From Candidatus Nealsonbacteria bacterium (GTDB taxonomy: Bacteria > Patescibacteriota > Minisyncoccia > Minisyncoccales > RBG-13-42-11), in the NCBI GenBank assembly GCA_026396115.1, contig JAPLXL010000001.1:2761-66760 (forward strand): DNA of 64,000 nt. Reading direction: 5' to 3'. The notes beneath the pieces are model-generated. The model was not told the DNA's origin. It was given only the letters and a program-made list of their open reading frames with translations, and searched no databases. The position numbers were made by a program, and so were the translations under genes. This document shows, piece by piece, positions 62,228-64,000 of the stretch (positions are counted from its first letter, which is position 1; the number at the start of each line of letters is the position of its first letter).

Positions 62228-63217
62228 ATGAAATTTAATCTTCAAATTAAATTGCTTTCTTTAGTAGTGATGGTGGTCAGTCTTGTATTGATAATTCTAT
62301 TATTGCAGACTATTTCCAGAGAAAGACAGATTTTTCAAGTCAGCTTTAAAGAGAAGGCTGAGGTTTTAACTTTAGCTCTCGATGCCGGTATTGGGAGTTT
62401 TGAGGAATTAAAAGATACAGCAAAACTTCAGTCTAATATTTATAAATTTATATGGTTATACCCTGAGATTGTCAAGATATCCATTAGTGTACCCAGTCCC
62501 GAAGGTTTAAAAATTGTAGCCTCTAATGCAACAGAAGAGATTGGAACTCTAACTGGGCTAGAAAATACTATTTCTTATGAGCAGGGCAGAGTTTTAACTC
62601 AAACCTTACTTTTGCCTGATGACACCAAAGTCTTTAGCTCTATCATCCCTATTCGTGTCGGAGGACAAAGAGTCGGAACTTACGATATAAGACTTTCTCT
62701 CGAGACCGAAGAAAAAACTATTGCCCAGCGACAAAAAGAAGTTGTTTTAACGATTCTAGTGAGTATTGTGATTATCATTATTATCCTCTTTCTTTTACTC
62801 AGCAAAATGGTTGTCCTACCCGTTGCTGAAATTAAAAAAGGACTGGAAATGATTGGGCAAGGTCAATTAAGTTGGCGAATAACCCCGAGGAGTCAAGATG
62901 AGATTGGAGATTTAGCCAGGGGAGTTAATGAAATGAGTGAAAAACTTGAAGAATCTTACTATGGACTGGAGAAAAAGATAGCAGAAAGAACAGAAGAACT
63001 TCAGGAAGCAAGATCGGTTTTGGAAATAAAGGTTCAGGCAAGAACCAGAGAATTGAAGGATTTGGCAGAAAGTCTCGAAAAACAGGTTGAACAAAGAACA
63101 AAAGAACTTCAAGAAAAAATAGAGGAGTTAGAAAGATTTAACAGATTGGCTGTTGGTAGAGAATTAAAAATGATAGAGCTGAAAAAAGAATTAAGAAAAT
63201 TAAAAAAAGAACAATAA
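62228..63217 (+). CDS. Membrane protein with extracytoplasmic domain, HAMP domain and coiled-coil tail (no kinase or MCP output recognised)
   Basis: Two TM segments, the HAMP region VVLPVAEIKKGLEMIGQGQLSWRI..DEIGDLARGVNEMSEKL, then heptad-rich ERTEEL/ARTREL/QRTKEL repeats. Confidence 0.65.
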   Translation: MKFNLQIKLLSLVVMVVSLVLIILLLQTISRERQIFQVSFKEKAEVLTLALDAGIGSFEELKDTAKLQSNIYKFIWLYPEIVKISISVPSPEGLKIVASNATEEIGTLTGLENTISYEQGRVLTQTLLLPDDTKVFSSIIPIRVGGQRVGTYDIRLSLETEEKTIAQRQKEVVLTILVSIVIIIIILFLLLSKMVVLPVAEIKKGLEMIGQGQLSWRITPRSQDEIGDLARGVNEMSEKLEESYYGLEKKIAERTEELQEARSVLEIKVQARTRELKDLAESLEKQVEQRTKELQEKIEELERFNRLAVGRELKMIELKKELRKLKKEQ

Positions 63218-63263
63218 AAATTGAAAGGTCGAAAATAAAATAATATTTGTTTGAGCTAAAATT

Positions 63264-63851
63264 ATGTCTATAATTTCCGAAGAAGACCTTGAAAAAATAA
63301 AAAGAACAGAAGGAGAAATAATTGGTTCTTCTTTGAAATGCGATAGGGAATTTATCATAGAAAAAGAAGACAGGGAAGGATTAAGAAAAGTAGAGGAAGA
63401 AATGGAAAAATTAGGTTACCCTTTAACGTATGAGGAAATAGATAAATATAAATGGTATCCGGTCCAGCAAGATATTATTTCTCTTCTCTTGGCCCAAAAA
63501 ATTTTTAATTGGGATGACGAAACAATACGAGAGTGGGGTCGTTGGGGAGCCAAAACCAATTTTATTGTTAAATTATTAACCAGGTTAATTTCTAAACAAA
63601 CGATAGTTAAATCAGCGCCTAAACTCTGGAGAAAATATTATACAGTGGGCGAGTTAGATATTAAATTAGATTTCAAAAAGAGAATTGGTATTGCGACGTT
63701 AAAAAATTTTATTCTCTATTCAGTTCACCGCCATTTTTTAGAAGGATATTTTTATCAAATAATGTCTCTTATAGTACCATCGCGGAATTTAAAAGTAGGA
63801 GGAAGTAAAAGCGAAGAACCTAATGTTCATCAATTTGAGATAAGTTGGTAG
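63264..63851 (+). CDS. Hypothetical protein
   Basis: 195-aa ORF with no confident family. Confidence 0.5.
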   Translation: MSIISEEDLEKIKRTEGEIIGSSLKCDREFIIEKEDREGLRKVEEEMEKLGYPLTYEEIDKYKWYPVQQDIISLLLAQKIFNWDDETIREWGRWGAKTNFIVKLLTRLISKQTIVKSAPKLWRKYYTVGELDIKLDFKKRIGIATLKNFILYSVHRHFLEGYFYQIMSLIVPSRNLKVGGSKSEEPNVHQFEISW

Positions 63852-63859
63852 TTATAGAA

Positions 63860-63916
63860 GGCGAAGAGAACTTTGTTCTCTTTTTCACCTTCGTTTCCAT
63901 AAATGGAAGCTCGGTA
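63860..63916 (+). repeat. Family-1 mini-element, short form, running into an ATG
   Basis: GGCGAAGAGAAC-TTT-GTTCTCTTT TTCACCTTCG TTTCCAT-AAA-TGGAAG CTCGGTA, then ATG. Confidence 0.85.
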
Positions 63917-63931
63917 ATGGAAGTTAGGCCT

Positions 63932-64000
63932 ATGGGCGAAAAAACAAAAATAGAAGATTTGCTTAAAATGACTATTGAGGATTTGAAAGATACTGAAACA
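63932..64000 (+). CDS. Partial ORF running off the right edge
   Basis: MGEKTKIEDLLKMTIEDLKDTET... An in-frame alternative ATG lies at 63917 inside the repeat terminus. Confidence 0.3.
   Translation, partial: MGEKTKIEDLLKMTIEDLKDTET

Noticed and set aside
5008-63916. Whether the recurring palindromic repeats form a CRISPR array
   Set aside because: The copies are kilobases apart and in both orientations, with no regular repeat-spacer periodicity and no cas genes in the window.
1-64000. rRNA genes, tmRNA, RNase P RNA, SRP RNA
   Set aside because: I recognised no sequence with their conserved cores while reading both strands. Absence cannot be proven without covariance-model searches.

Overview
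AT-rich, gene-dense bacterial chromosome segment. Gene content suggests a small-genome Patescibacteria/CPR-type organism; that assignment is inference only. The window spans the replication-origin neighbourhood (rpmH-rnpA-yidD-yidC-jag on the minus strand, dnaA-dnaN on the plus strand). It also carries housekeeping genes: clpP, nusA, CCA-adding enzyme, rpsO, pnp, rsmA, tyrS, yebC, tsaE, PBP1A, a comM/yifB-like gene, and four tRNAs that do not encode CCA. Five things stand out. (1) At the left edge, a paired radical-SAM/SPASM locus sits next to a gene whose product is a (His-Ser-Gln)n tripeptide repeat. This resembles the uncharacterised His-Xaa-Ser (Hxs) system, with a shifted repeat register and a duplicated HxsD-like gene. 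(2) A 6.7-kb minus-strand cluster encodes secreted or membrane-anchored proteins built on two shared N-terminal leader cassettes. (3) At least 13 copies of a modular palindromic mini-element are scattered through the window. Several abut start codons, three sit in-frame inside coding regions (pnp, nusA tail, a 1115-aa gene), and one is nested inside a second repeat family whose empty site is also present. (4) A ~12.6-kb integrated element (44868-57454) with a large serine recombinase splits a lamin-tail-domain gene in frame. It carries iteron-like repeats, a candidate structured leader RNA, a small-gene cassette array, a type II R-M pair and a nuclease-like candidate defence gene. (5) Smaller structural oddities include a pilin cassette flanked by 93-bp direct repeats and a broken tRNA with a distal complementary remnant. 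All calls rest on reading the sequence and remembered family signatures. No searches or folding programs were run.
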